Assembly: GCA_050950165.1 (NCBI GenBank)
Contig: JBMNHC010000001.1
Location: 453,744 to 517,743, forward strand
Origin: Candidatus Dojkabacteria bacterium
GTDB lineage: Bacteria; Patescibacteriota; Dojkabacteria; SC72
Direction: 5' to 3'
Length of the DNA stretch: 64,000 nucleotides
Below the pieces are notes generated by a model. The model was not told the origin of the DNA and did not search any database. It worked only from the letters and a program-made list of their open reading frames with translations. The translations under genes were made by a program, and so were the position numbers. How positions within the stretch are numbered: position 1 is the stretch's first letter; the number at the start of each line of letters is the position of its first letter. This document shows, piece by piece, positions 7,885 through 17,192 of the stretch.

Positions 7885-10005
7885 TTGTGTATTTTTAGCT
7901 TCTGTATGGCAAAAGTTAAAAACAATTACAAAAATTTACTGATAGTGGAGTCTCCTGCTAAGGCAAAGACCATTAGTAAATTCTTGGGAGATGATTACAA
8001 GGTGATGGCGACTGTAGGGCATGTAATTGATCTGCCTAAGAGTAAACTAGGTGTTGATGTAGAGAATGAATATGAGCCTCAGTTTGAAACTATCTACGGT
8101 AAAGGAAAGATATTGAAGGAGCTTAAGGCCGCACTTCCTAAAGATGGGCAGGTATATCTAGCTATGGACCCAGACAGAGAGGGAGAAGCTATTGCGTGGC
8201 ATGTTAAGAATTTTCTTAAAGTTCCTAATGTAAAGAGGGCTACCTTCCATGAGATTACCAAAGAAGCTGTTCAAGAAGCTCTAGAGTCTAGCTCTGTTGT
8301 AAATGAGAATTTAGTTGAAGCTCAGAAGGCAAGAAGGGTGTTGGATAGGTTGGTTGGATACAAGATATCTGAACTACTTTGGAAGAAGATCTGGTACGGT
8401 CTTTCAGCTGGTCGAGTACAGTCTACTGCTTTGCGATTAATTGTAGAGAGAGAAGAAGAGAGAGAGAGTTTTGTTCCAAAAGAGTACTGGGAGTTTTTTG
8501 TTGATGTAGTAAAAGATAGTGAGAAGTTAAGAATTAAACTAGTTAAAAAAGATTCTAAAAAATATATTCCTAAAACAGGTAAAGAAGTAAATACTCTAAA
8601 AGAACTGTTAGGAGAGAGTAGGTATGTAGTTGTGGATATTACTAAGAAGGAGCAGAAGAAGAATCCATATCCTCCATATACAACATCTACACTACAACAG
8701 TCAGCAAACAATGTACTAGGGTACTCTGCAAAAAGAACAATGGCATTAGCTCAAACCCTCTATCAAGCAGGATATATTACATATATGAGAACAGATTCTG
8801 TGTCGCTTTCTAAGAAAGCCATTGGTCAAATACGAGATGTGATATTAAAAAAATACGGTAGGGAGTATCTGCCAGAATCAGCTAGATATTACAGAACCAA
8901 AAGTAAGAATGCCCAAGAGGCTCATGAGGCCATTAGACCTACAGATTTCAATATCTCTAAGAGTGAAATAGAGAGAAAGTTTGGTACCTTTGAAGCAAAG
9001 ATATATGACTTGATATGGAAAAGAGCAATATCGTCTCAGATGAATGAAAAGAGAGTAGAGAGTCTAGTTGTATATTTTGAACCAGAGGAAAAATTAAAAA
9101 ATATATATACATTCTCAGTAACAGCACAGAAAGTTCTCTTTGATGGATACAGAGTTGTATATGGAAGTAGTAAAGAGGATGAGCTGTTGCAAGAGATTAG
9201 TGGTATTGCTAAAGGAGAGATATTTGATAGGGAAAGATTTGTTACAGAACAAAAATTTACACAACCTAGGGCTAGATATACTGAGGCTTCTCTTGTTAAG
9301 AAATTAGAGGAGTTGGGTATTGGAAGACCTTCTACATATGCCACTATCATCAGTACAATACAGGCTCGTGACTATGTTTCTAAAGATGGAAAATATCTCT
9401 TCCCTAATGATATCGGTAGGGTAGTTACACATTTCCTTAAAAGTAATTTTAAGGACTTGGTAGATTACAAATATACTGCCTCTGTAGAAGAGAGGTTGGA
9501 TAAAATAGCGAGTGGTACTGTTAAATATGTTCCTTTCATTGATAAGGAGTACAAGCCTTTAATGGCAAGTATAGAGAGTGCAGATAGTAATGTTAAAAAA
9601 GAAGATGTAGTGATATTAGAGAAATCTAATGAGAAATGTACTGAGTGTGGCTCAGACATGGTAGTAAAATTAGGAAGGTATGGGAAGTTTCTTAGCTGTA
9701 GTAAATTTCCAGAGTGCAAAGGTATGAAAGATCTAAGTGGAGGAGAGGAGAATTTAGATTTTAAGAAATATGCAAGACCTAAAGAGTGTCCTGAGTGTAG
9801 TTCAGCATTGGTACTCAAAAACAGTAAATACGGTAAGTTCTGGGCATGTGAGAGATATCCAGAGTGTAAGGGGACACTCCCTCTTCTTCTGAATGAAGTT
9901 TGTCCAGAGTGTGGTAAGAATCTTGTAGAGAGAAGAAGTAAATGGGGTAAGACTTTCGTGGGGTGTAGTGGATATCCAGGATGTAAATATATTAAAAAGA
10001 GGTAA
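7885..10005 (+). CDS. topA: DNA topoisomerase I with C-terminal zinc-ribbon repeats
   Basis: Toprim LLIVESPAKAKTI, active-site region ITYMRTDS, and three C-terminal CxxC...CxxC zinc ribbons (CTECGS..., CPECSS..., CPECGK...). Confidence 0.9.
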   Translation: MCIFSFCMAKVKNNYKNLLIVESPAKAKTISKFLGDDYKVMATVGHVIDLPKSKLGVDVENEYEPQFETIYGKGKILKELKAALPKDGQVYLAMDPDREGEAIAWHVKNFLKVPNVKRATFHEITKEAVQEALESSSVVNENLVEAQKARRVLDRLVGYKISELLWKKIWYGLSAGRVQSTALRLIVEREEERESFVPKEYWEFFVDVVKDSEKLRIKLVKKDSKKYIPKTGKEVNTLKELLGESRYVVVDITKKEQKKNPYPPYTTSTLQQSANNVLGYSAKRTMALAQTLYQAGYITYMRTDSVSLSKKAIGQIRDVILKKYGREYLPESARYYRTKSKNAQEAHEAIRPTDFNISKSEIERKFGTFEAKIYDLIWKRAISSQMNEKRVESLVVYFEPEEKLKNIYTFSVTAQKVLFDGYRVVYGSSKEDELLQEISGIAKGEIFDRERFVTEQKFTQPRARYTEASLVKKLEELGIGRPSTYATIISTIQARDYVSKDGKYLFPNDIGRVVTHFLKSNFKDLVDYKYTASVEERLDKIASGTVKYVPFIDKEYKPLMASIESADSNVKKEDVVILEKSNEKCTECGSDMVVKLGRYGKFLSCSKFPECKGMKDLSGGEENLDFKKYARPKECPECSSALVLKNSKYGKFWACERYPECKGTLPLLLNEVCPECGKNLVERRSKWGKTFVGCSGYPGCKYIKKR

Positions 10006-10039
10006 GAATTTTTTAATTCTTGCTCTGTACAATATATCT

Positions 10040-10681
10040 ATGCTACCAAGAGAAAAATTTTTGCTTAAGGGAGTAGATGCACTCTCAGATATTGAATTAA
10101 TTGAGATATTAGTAGGTAGTGGTGTTAAAGGAGAGAGTTTTCAAAAGATATCAAGAAGAATATTAAGTACAGTAAAGGGTGAATTTGAAAACGAAGAATC
10201 TAATCTATTCAAATCTCTACTTAATATTCGTGGTGTAGGCTCTGTTGTCGCTATGAGAATACTAAGTGGTATGGAGTTAGGTAGAAGAATATATGGGGTT
10301 TTTAATGATGAGGTAGTTAGAATTACAAATGCTTCTGAAGCGTATGAGATATTCAAAGATATGGCTAAACTGAAAAGAGAACGAGTGGATATACTCTGTC
10401 TTAATTCTAGATTTGAGAAGATATTAAGAGAGACTGTTGCTTTGGGAAGTGTTAATAGGGCGAATATTTTACCTAGAGATATTCTCTATCCAGCTCTCAT
10501 CTCCAATTCTTCTTTTGTACTAATGGCACACAATCATCCATCAGGAGAGTCTAGTCCTAGTAGAGAAGATATTGAGCTTACAAAAAGAATTAACGATTCT
10601 TTAGAGTTAGTAGGGATACAGTTGCTAGACCATATTGTAATTGGTAGTAATGATTGGCACTCGATAGATATATCTGGTTGA
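10040..10681 (+). CDS. radC: RadC-family JAMM protein
   Basis: MLPREKFLLKGVDALSDIELIEILVGSG (HhH-like N-terminus) and JAMM motif HNHPSGESSPSREDIELTKRI. The ORF track starts at 9968 and overlaps the topA end; the internal Met at 10040 fits the family N-terminus. Ends in a TGA stop. Confidence 0.85.
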   Translation: MLPREKFLLKGVDALSDIELIEILVGSGVKGESFQKISRRILSTVKGEFENEESNLFKSLLNIRGVGSVVAMRILSGMELGRRIYGVFNDEVVRITNASEAYEIFKDMAKLKRERVDILCLNSRFEKILRETVALGSVNRANILPRDILYPALISNSSFVLMAHNHPSGESSPSREDIELTKRINDSLELVGIQLLDHIVIGSNDWHSIDISG

Positions 10682-10778
10682 AAAATAACTAAGATGGATA
10701 TATAATCAGAGTCGTATTTAATATATCTCACATATCTTTGGTATTTCCTGGATGAGAATATTCTCTCCACAAAGATAG

Positions 10779-11948
10779 GTGTTAAAAGGAAAAAGTATGG
10801 AAAAAGAAAAGAAAGTCTCTAAAAAGGATACTACTCCTAAGGCAAAGACTAAAAAGAAAGACCTTAAAGTAGAAATTCCAGAACTATTAACATTCCTCCA
10901 AGCAGGAGCTCACTTTGGGCATAAAAAGAGCGCATGGAATCCAAAAATGAACAAGTTTATCTACGAAACTAGAAACGGTGTTCATATTATCGATCTTGTT
11001 AAATCAAGAAAACTTCTAACAACAGCCTTGGAGATTTTAAATGAAGAAGTAGACAAAGGTAATATCTTAATCATTGGAACTAAAGGACAAGCTGCTGGAT
11101 TAGTAGAGAAGATGTCTAAAGAATCGGGAACATTCTACATTACCAAGAGATGGCCAGGAGGGCTCTTTACTAACTTTGATTGTATTAAAAAGAGTATTCA
11201 ATCTCTAGTTAGAATGGAAGAAGAGTTAGCATCAGGTGGTCAAGATTTGGTTAAGAAAGAGATTCTTCAGATGCAAAATGATGTAGCAAGATTAAATAGT
11301 GTGTATGAAGGTCTAAAGTTTATGGATGAACTACCTAGGATTTTGATAGTGATAGATAGTAAGGTAGAGAAGAACGCTATTAAAGAAGCTCGTATAGTGG
11401 GAGTACCAATTGTAGCATTAATAGATACAAACTGTGATCCAGATTTAATAGATTATCCAATTCCAGCAAATGATGACTCTATTAAAAGTATCTCCCTCTT
11501 TATATCTCTTTTTGGTGAAATCATTAAATCAGGTAAAAAGTCAGAATCATTAAGAGCATTAAGAAAAAATCATGAAGCAAATCTTGCAAACCTTAGAGCA
11601 AAGTACTTGGAAGAGAAAGAGAGAGAAGAGAAGATGGAAGAGGAAGAGAGACTAAGAATGAAAGCCATGAGAGAAGGAAAGACATATGTACAAACTTCAG
11701 GTGTAGTAAGAGTTGTTAAGAAAGAGAAGAATATGGAAGAAGAGTATGCAGCTGCAGAGGCAGTTAAGGCGGAGATTAGTTCTAAAAAAATCGAAGAGTT
11801 AGGACTCTCTGCTAGAGTAGAGAAAGCATTAGTGGAAGGTGGTATTAGTAAAGTAGAAGATTTGCTTGGTAAAGATAAAGAAGAGCTGCTAAGTATTAAA
11901 GGTATCGGTCCTAAGGCTGCAGAAGAGATATTAAAAGCTATTAAATAA
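10779..11948 (+). CDS. rpsB: ribosomal protein S2 with Lys-rich N-terminal and ~130-aa C-terminal extensions
   Basis: AGAHFGHKKSAWNPKM and ALIDTNCDPDLIDYPIPANDDS S2 core motifs. The C-terminal tail is E/K-rich and ends in an HhH-like GIGPKAAEEILKAIK. Confidence 0.9.
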   Translation: MLKGKSMEKEKKVSKKDTTPKAKTKKKDLKVEIPELLTFLQAGAHFGHKKSAWNPKMNKFIYETRNGVHIIDLVKSRKLLTTALEILNEEVDKGNILIIGTKGQAAGLVEKMSKESGTFYITKRWPGGLFTNFDCIKKSIQSLVRMEEELASGGQDLVKKEILQMQNDVARLNSVYEGLKFMDELPRILIVIDSKVEKNAIKEARIVGVPIVALIDTNCDPDLIDYPIPANDDSIKSISLFISLFGEIIKSGKKSESLRALRKNHEANLANLRAKYLEEKEREEKMEEEERLRMKAMREGKTYVQTSGVVRVVKKEKNMEEEYAAAEAVKAEISSKKIEELGLSARVEKALVEGGISKVEDLLGKDKEELLSIKGIGPKAAEEILKAIK

Positions 11949-11967
11949 TTTTGAATATATTAGGAAT

Positions 11968-12684
11968 ATGAGTATATCAGTAGAGGATATTAAATTACTT
12001 AGAGCAAAAACATCTGCAGGGATGGTTCTTTGTAAAGAAGCATTAGAAAAGAGTAATGGAGATATGCAGAAAGCAGTGGAGTATATAAATAGTAAGAGTG
12101 ATGTAATTACAAGACTACATAACCTTACTGGAGCTAAAATAGGGCATTGCAAACTTGTACTGGAGGAAACGGGTAGTGATTTTGAGAAAGCAGTAGAGTT
12201 AATTAAAGAGAGGGGATGGGATGAGCCGATAGAGCCAGAGGGTGAGGAAAAGAAGGGAGAGGGAGTTATAGATGTATATCTGCATGGTAAAGAGCAAAAG
12301 TTGGTAGCATTGGTAGAGGTTTCCTGTAAGACAGATTTTGTAGCTAGAAATGAAGACTTTAGATCTTTTGTTCATGAGATTGTACTCCAGATTGCTGCTA
12401 TGAAGCCTCAATATATTTCAAAAGATGATATCTCTTCTAAGAAACTAGATGAGTTAAAAGATGTATTTGAGAAAGAGGCTAAATCTGATGGTAAGCCTTC
12501 TAATATGTTAGAGAAGATAGTAGAGGGTAAGATGAATAAGTATGTAGAGGAGAACTGTTTACTAGAGCAGAAATGGTTTAAGGATGAGAGTAAGAAGATT
12601 CAGAATCTACTTGAAGAAGCAATTACCAAATTAGGAGAGCCTATCGAAGTTAAAAGAATGCTAGTTTGGGAATTTGGGAAGTAA
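11968..12684 (+). CDS. tsf: elongation factor Ts
   Basis: N-terminal UBA-like LRAKTSAGMVLCKEALEKSNGDMQKAVEYI; follows rpsB as in the canonical rpsB-tsf operon. Confidence 0.85.
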   Translation: MSISVEDIKLLRAKTSAGMVLCKEALEKSNGDMQKAVEYINSKSDVITRLHNLTGAKIGHCKLVLEETGSDFEKAVELIKERGWDEPIEPEGEEKKGEGVIDVYLHGKEQKLVALVEVSCKTDFVARNEDFRSFVHEIVLQIAAMKPQYISKDDISSKKLDELKDVFEKEAKSDGKPSNMLEKIVEGKMNKYVEENCLLEQKWFKDESKKIQNLLEEAITKLGEPIEVKRMLVWEFGK

Positions 12685-12688
12685 ATTT

Positions 12689-13345
12689 CTAGCTGTTTGA
12701 TAGTACAAGTAAGATATTTTCACCTTGGGTGTTTTGGTAAGGGTATATAGTGTGATTACCCCAGTTTATCTTCTTCGTTCTTCTTTTTATCAACTCAATT
12801 CCTTCAGATGAGTATATATACGGTATCATAAATGTATACCTAGAATTAAATGATGTACGAGCTACTTTTACCTGTCCAGTCACCTTGTCTTCAACCCCTA
12901 TCCTTACTATTGGTATATCTTTTAATCGTTTTCTGTCATTTGGTAGATGTAGTACTTCTTCCATATCTTTAACTTTATTCGATACAGCTTTTAGAAGAGT
13001 TGAGGGGCATCTAAGTAGTTCTAAACTAGTAATGTTTCTGTTTCCGTCAAATGATGGATATATTAATATCCTACTTTCCTCATCTCTTGGATCAGGTAGA
13101 GAGTGCCTTGCAGCGTGTACAAAAGGCTCTGTTTTGTAGTAGTCTCCATATTCACCTATTAAATTTATAAGAGATTCATTATTTTTATCTCCCTCAGTTA
13201 CAATTATCTCTGGTTGAAGTTGTTCAAATATATGAGTGTAATCAATATAGGATATGTCTGTGTTCTCATACTCAGCATTTAGTCTTTTCGTTAACTCTCC
13301 TGCCTCTGCAGGAATCTCTGTTTCTCGTATGTTTGCCTCTAGCAT
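12689..13345 (-). CDS. hypothetical protein (occupies the position where pyrH normally sits)
   Basis: 218-aa ORF with no signal peptide or TM and no recognisable motif. It is antisense to the surrounding rpsB-tsf / frr genes. Confidence 0.4.
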   Translation of the reverse strand: MLEANIRETEIPAEAGELTKRLNAEYENTDISYIDYTHIFEQLQPEIIVTEGDKNNESLINLIGEYGDYYKTEPFVHAARHSLPDPRDEESRILIYPSFDGNRNITSLELLRCPSTLLKAVSNKVKDMEEVLHLPNDRKRLKDIPIVRIGVEDKVTGQVKVARTSFNSRYTFMIPYIYSSEGIELIKRRTKKINWGNHTIYPYQNTQGENILLVLSNS

Positions 13346-13463
13346 ATATATTTCCTCTATAAGTTATCCCTGTATTATCCTTCTTTAGTAGGTTGTAAGT
13401 CAAGCATATTGAGATTTTAGTCTTTTTAGAATATTATGTATCATAATTTGAATAGTAAAAAAT

Positions 13464-14009
13464 ATGGATATTAATATATTTAAAACAAATATTCAGAAGT
13501 GTATAGATAACCTAGTAGAAGACCTCTCTCAGATTAGAACAGGGCGAGCTACTCCAGAGTTAATTCAAGATATTAATGTTAAAGCATACGGAACAGAAGC
13601 CCCTTTGAAAAACTATGCCACTATTAATATCTCAGATACTCGTTCTCTTCTTGTAACACCTTGGGACAAAGGTATAGTAGATAGTATTGTTAGTGGTATA
13701 TCTACTTCTAACTTAGGTTTTAGTGCATCAGTAGAGGGTGATCATATTAGAGTTAGTATTCCAGAGTTAACCGAAGAGAGAAGAAAAGAATATGTAAAGG
13801 TAATGAAGGATAGAATAGAGGATGCTAGAATTGCTGTTAGACAGGTTAGACAGAAATTTATGAAAGATATTGATGATTCTTTAGGTTCTGGATTTTCAGA
13901 AGATGATGCAGATAGATTAAGAGAAGAAGGAGAGAAGGTTGTTAAGGATGCAAATGGTAAAATAGAGGAGATAAAGGATAATAAAGAGAAAGACCTTATG
14001 TCATTTTAA
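13464..14009 (+). CDS. frr: ribosome recycling factor
   Basis: IRTGRATPELIQDINVKAYGTEAPLKNYATI...LTEERRKEYVK matches the RRF family along its full length. Confidence 0.9.
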   Translation: MDINIFKTNIQKCIDNLVEDLSQIRTGRATPELIQDINVKAYGTEAPLKNYATINISDTRSLLVTPWDKGIVDSIVSGISTSNLGFSASVEGDHIRVSIPELTEERRKEYVKVMKDRIEDARIAVRQVRQKFMKDIDDSLGSGFSEDDADRLREEGEKVVKDANGKIEEIKDNKEKDLMSF

Positions 14010-14020
14010 CCATTTTTACT

Positions 14021-15163
14021 ATGACCATATTAGTAAACATACTTCTTCTTCTTTTAGTAATTAGTCTTCTTACCTTCATACATGAGTTAGGTCATTTCTT
14101 AGCTGCTAAGATAGTAGGTGCTAAGGTCTTTGACTTCTCTGTGGGTTTCGGTCCTAAAATATTCTCAAAGAGAATAGGGGATACTACATACAACTTAAGA
14201 GTTTTACCATTCGGTGGTTTTGTAAAGATATTAGGAGATGGAGATCCTACTGAAAAGAAAGAGGATTTAAAGGATAAAGGTAATCTTAAAAACAAGAGTA
14301 AGCTATCTCAGATATTTGTAATGCTTGCAGGAGTATCTATGAATATGCTCTTGGCAGTAGTTTTGTATACCGTCTTTCTCTCTTCTTCTGCTTGGAGACT
14401 AAATATTACTAGTGAGTACAAAGATTTTGATGCTACAGGAGCAGATGTCAAAATAGAGAGAGTTTCAGATCTACCATATGAACTACTAAAAGAGGGAGGT
14501 GCTGTAGAGTCAGGTATGTATGAAAAAGGATATATCAAGAGTGTTAATGGAGAGAGTATAGATGGGTTTGTAGAGTTTAAAGAGTATCTTTCTAACTTTA
14601 AAGAGAAGGTTGTTGATTTAGAGGTGTGTAGTGAAGATTTAGCAAGATGTGAGATATTCCCTACATCTGTAGATAAAGATGGTAGGGTAGGTATGTATAT
14701 TGGAGAGAATTATTCTGTGTTTATAGATTATTCAAACAACAAGATATTTTCTGGTTTTGCACATAGTGTAAATGTACTTAGGTTAACAGGTAAGGTATTA
14801 GGTACTCTTCTTTCACAAGCAAGGCAGAGTGGTGACTATTCTACTCTTTCAAATACAGTTAGTGGTCCTGTGGGTATATATTTTGTAGTAGACTATTTTA
14901 AAACGTTAGGTATATTTGTATTTTTAGGAATAATTGCAGATCTTTCTCTTTCATTAGCAATAATTAATCTTTTCCCTATACCTGCATTAGATGGGGGTAG
15001 GGCTATGATATTGTTAATAGAGAGTATTGTTAGGAGGGATTTAAATGAGAAGGTAGAGAGTATAATTATTAATATTAGTTTTGTTTTCTTAATTCTTCTA
15101 ATTATCGCTATTATGTTTAAAGATATTTTTAATATAAAAGAATTGCAGAGTTGGTTTAGATAG
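14021..15163 (+). CDS. rseP: RseP-like M50 site-2 protease with PDZ-like insert
   Basis: HELGHFLAAK (HExxH) in TM1, FPIPALDGG (LDG motif), and a central soluble insert. Confidence 0.8.
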   Translation: MTILVNILLLLLVISLLTFIHELGHFLAAKIVGAKVFDFSVGFGPKIFSKRIGDTTYNLRVLPFGGFVKILGDGDPTEKKEDLKDKGNLKNKSKLSQIFVMLAGVSMNMLLAVVLYTVFLSSSAWRLNITSEYKDFDATGADVKIERVSDLPYELLKEGGAVESGMYEKGYIKSVNGESIDGFVEFKEYLSNFKEKVVDLEVCSEDLARCEIFPTSVDKDGRVGMYIGENYSVFIDYSNNKIFSGFAHSVNVLRLTGKVLGTLLSQARQSGDYSTLSNTVSGPVGIYFVVDYFKTLGIFVFLGIIADLSLSLAIINLFPIPALDGGRAMILLIESIVRRDLNEKVESIIINISFVFLILLIIAIMFKDIFNIKELQSWFR

Positions 15164-15333
15164 TATATCTTTTAAGTAAGAATATTTATTTACTGCTCTA
15201 ATGGCTATAAGATTAAATAAAACAACAAAGATAATACTTGCAATAGTAATATTAATTCTTTCTGTTGCTCTAGGTTATTTAATATGGAGAATTAATCAAC
15301 CAGAGAGATTAGATCCTACAGATAGTGATGCGG
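15143..15333 (+). repeat. 5' conserved unit of the tandem surface-protein cassette (copy 1). It overlaps the last 7 codons of rseP, the leader, and the signal-anchor coding region.
   Basis: 191 nt with a single mismatch to 17002..17192. Confidence 0.85.
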
Positions 15334-16985
15334 CATATCCTACTTGTCCAGGGGGGTGTAATTGGAATGTTGGGTTACAGGAGTGTATTGGAGGAAGGGG
15401 ATGTGTAAGTGTTTCAAGCACTGGATGTCCTAGTGGATTGGTTCTTAAGGGACATGTGTGTTGTGAAGAATGTACATCAAATGAACCTCCTGGTGAATGT
15501 GTGTACTACCCTGAAAGAAAAGTTCCTAATTGTCCAAATTGTGCTAAGGGATACTATAGTTGTTCTAAAGGGGTTTGTCAGCCCTGCCAACCTGATGCGG
15601 AGGGGCTAACTCTTGATGTTTGTAGATCCAGAGCCGATAGTAGGAATGGTGTGACAGTACCAGAATTGTGTAAAAAATCTCTTTCCTATTGGGGTTGTAG
15701 TCAGAGAAAAGATAATCCAGAACTATACGATTTAATTCAGATTCCTTGTAAAGATGAACCCCCTTCTGAACCAGACTGTGGAGAAGATTTGGAACCTAAG
15801 TCATTTGCGTTTAATAAGGCTAATACTGATGCTAGTAAGATAGGACCGTTTCCTGAAGATGGTAAAGTAGTATTCTTTTTTAAGAGTTTGTTGCCTGATG
15901 TAGCAGGAGGTGGTCCATATAGACCTAAAATATCATTTAAGGTAGTAAGTACTGATAGTACGAGGAATGGACAAACATATGTATACACACCCTCTGCTGA
16001 TGAAGAGAGGAAGGAGACAATCTTCGCTATTAAAGAAGGAGAGTATTTACTCTTAACAGACTCGGATGACAACAATAATCAGGGAAGTCCTGAGTGCGCT
16101 CCTACTGAGAATAATCCTAAATACAAATCTTTTGGATGGATAGCACCTAGTGGTGGTTTGTGTGGTTCAGGTCTGTTAGGTCCTCCTACTGAGGGTAATA
16201 GAGTGCCATATGACAAACCAAGTATTGCTGCGTTTAGAAGCAAGTCTGTGAGTCAAGGGTATAAAGAACTTCCTAAGGGAGAGCAGTGTTGGGCAGACTG
16301 GAGAGAGTGGCCTGGAGACTACGACTTTAATGATTACTTCTTAATGGTCTCATATGTTACAGAACCTAAATCTCTTCTAACTGCAGATATATCTGTAGAA
16401 AAAAGTGCAATTGAGTCATGTATAAATGAAGAAACAGAAAATCCAGAAGCAGAGTTAGCATATTCAATAACCATTACAAACAAAGGAGGAGTAGCAGGTA
16501 CTGTATCGAAAGTGGTGGATACATTAGATAGTAAGGTTGTAGCAGGGTCTGTATCTTCAATATCTGATTCAGGTTCTTACTCTGAAGGAAAAATTACTTG
16601 GAACTTTACTCCTGCTTTGAGTCTTGATGCCAATGGGGGTAAAAAGGTATTAACGTACAAAGTAAAAGTTGCAAAAGAAAATTTTGGTGAATACAAAAAT
16701 GTTGTGGTAGTGACAACCTCTACGGGAGAAGTGACTGCAGAGTACAGTATTGTTGCAGATTGTATAATTACAACACCAGATACACCAGATAAACCTGGAG
16801 AGAAAGTACCTCAAACAGGTCTCTTTGATCTAGTTCTTTCTAGAATAGCTGCAGGTGTAATATTAGTAATATTCGGTGTCTTTGTATACAACATACCTAA
16901 TACAGTATTTACTTTTCATTATCGTAAGAAGAAAATATCATATAAATATAGAGAAAAGTTTGAAAAGAGAATGACAGGTAATTAG
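15201..16985 (+). CDS. Cys-rich cell-surface protein, paralog A (signal-anchor, Cys-rich ectodomain, DUF11-like repeat domain, VPQTG sortase-like C-terminal sorting signal)
   Basis: N-terminal MAIRLNKTTKIILAIVILILSVALGYLIW. 40+ Cys in the first ~350 aa. AELAYSITITNKGGVAGTVSKVVDTLDSKV resembles the DUF11/conserved-repeat domain. C-terminus KVPQTGLFD, hydrophobic helix, then basic tail HYRKKK. Confidence 0.7.
   Translation: MAIRLNKTTKIILAIVILILSVALGYLIWRINQPERLDPTDSDAAYPTCPGGCNWNVGLQECIGGRGCVSVSSTGCPSGLVLKGHVCCEECTSNEPPGECVYYPERKVPNCPNCAKGYYSCSKGVCQPCQPDAEGLTLDVCRSRADSRNGVTVPELCKKSLSYWGCSQRKDNPELYDLIQIPCKDEPPSEPDCGEDLEPKSFAFNKANTDASKIGPFPEDGKVVFFFKSLLPDVAGGGPYRPKISFKVVSTDSTRNGQTYVYTPSADEERKETIFAIKEGEYLLLTDSDDNNNQGSPECAPTENNPKYKSFGWIAPSGGLCGSGLLGPPTEGNRVPYDKPSIAAFRSKSVSQGYKELPKGEQCWADWREWPGDYDFNDYFLMVSYVTEPKSLLTADISVEKSAIESCINEETENPEAELAYSITITNKGGVAGTVSKVVDTLDSKVVAGSVSSISDSGSYSEGKITWNFTPALSLDANGGKKVLTYKVKVAKENFGEYKNVVVVTTSTGEVTAEYSIVADCIITTPDTPDKPGEKVPQTGLFDLVLSRIAAGVILVIFGVFVYNIPNTVFTFHYRKKKISYKYREKFEKRMTGN
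16748..16904 (+). repeat. 3' conserved unit of the tandem surface-protein cassette (copy 1). Encodes IVADCIITTPDTPDKPGEKVPQTGLFD...VILVIFGVFVYNIPNT.
   Basis: 157 nt with 2 mismatches to 18448..18604. Confidence 0.85.
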
Positions 16986-17001
16986 GGTTTTAGATATTAA
17001 G

Positions 17002-17192
17002 TTGCAGAGTTAGTTTAGATAGTATATCTTTTAAGTAAGAATATTTATTTACTGCTCTAATGGCTATAAGATTAAATAAAACAACAAAGATAATACTTGC
17101 GATAGTAATATTAATTCTTTCTGTTGCTCTAGGTTATTTAATATGGAGAATTAATCAACCAGAGAGATTAGATCCTACAGATAGTGATGCGG
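17002..17192 (+). repeat. 5' conserved unit of the tandem surface-protein cassette (copy 2)
   Basis: Near-identical to 15143..15333, including the TTGCAGAGTT boundary. Confidence 0.85.

Noticed and set aside
9968-10039. Upstream extension of radC overlapping the topA 3' end
   Set aside because: RadC family N-termini begin at the MLPREKF...LSD.ELL.ILL motif, which starts at 10040. The extension is probably untranslated.
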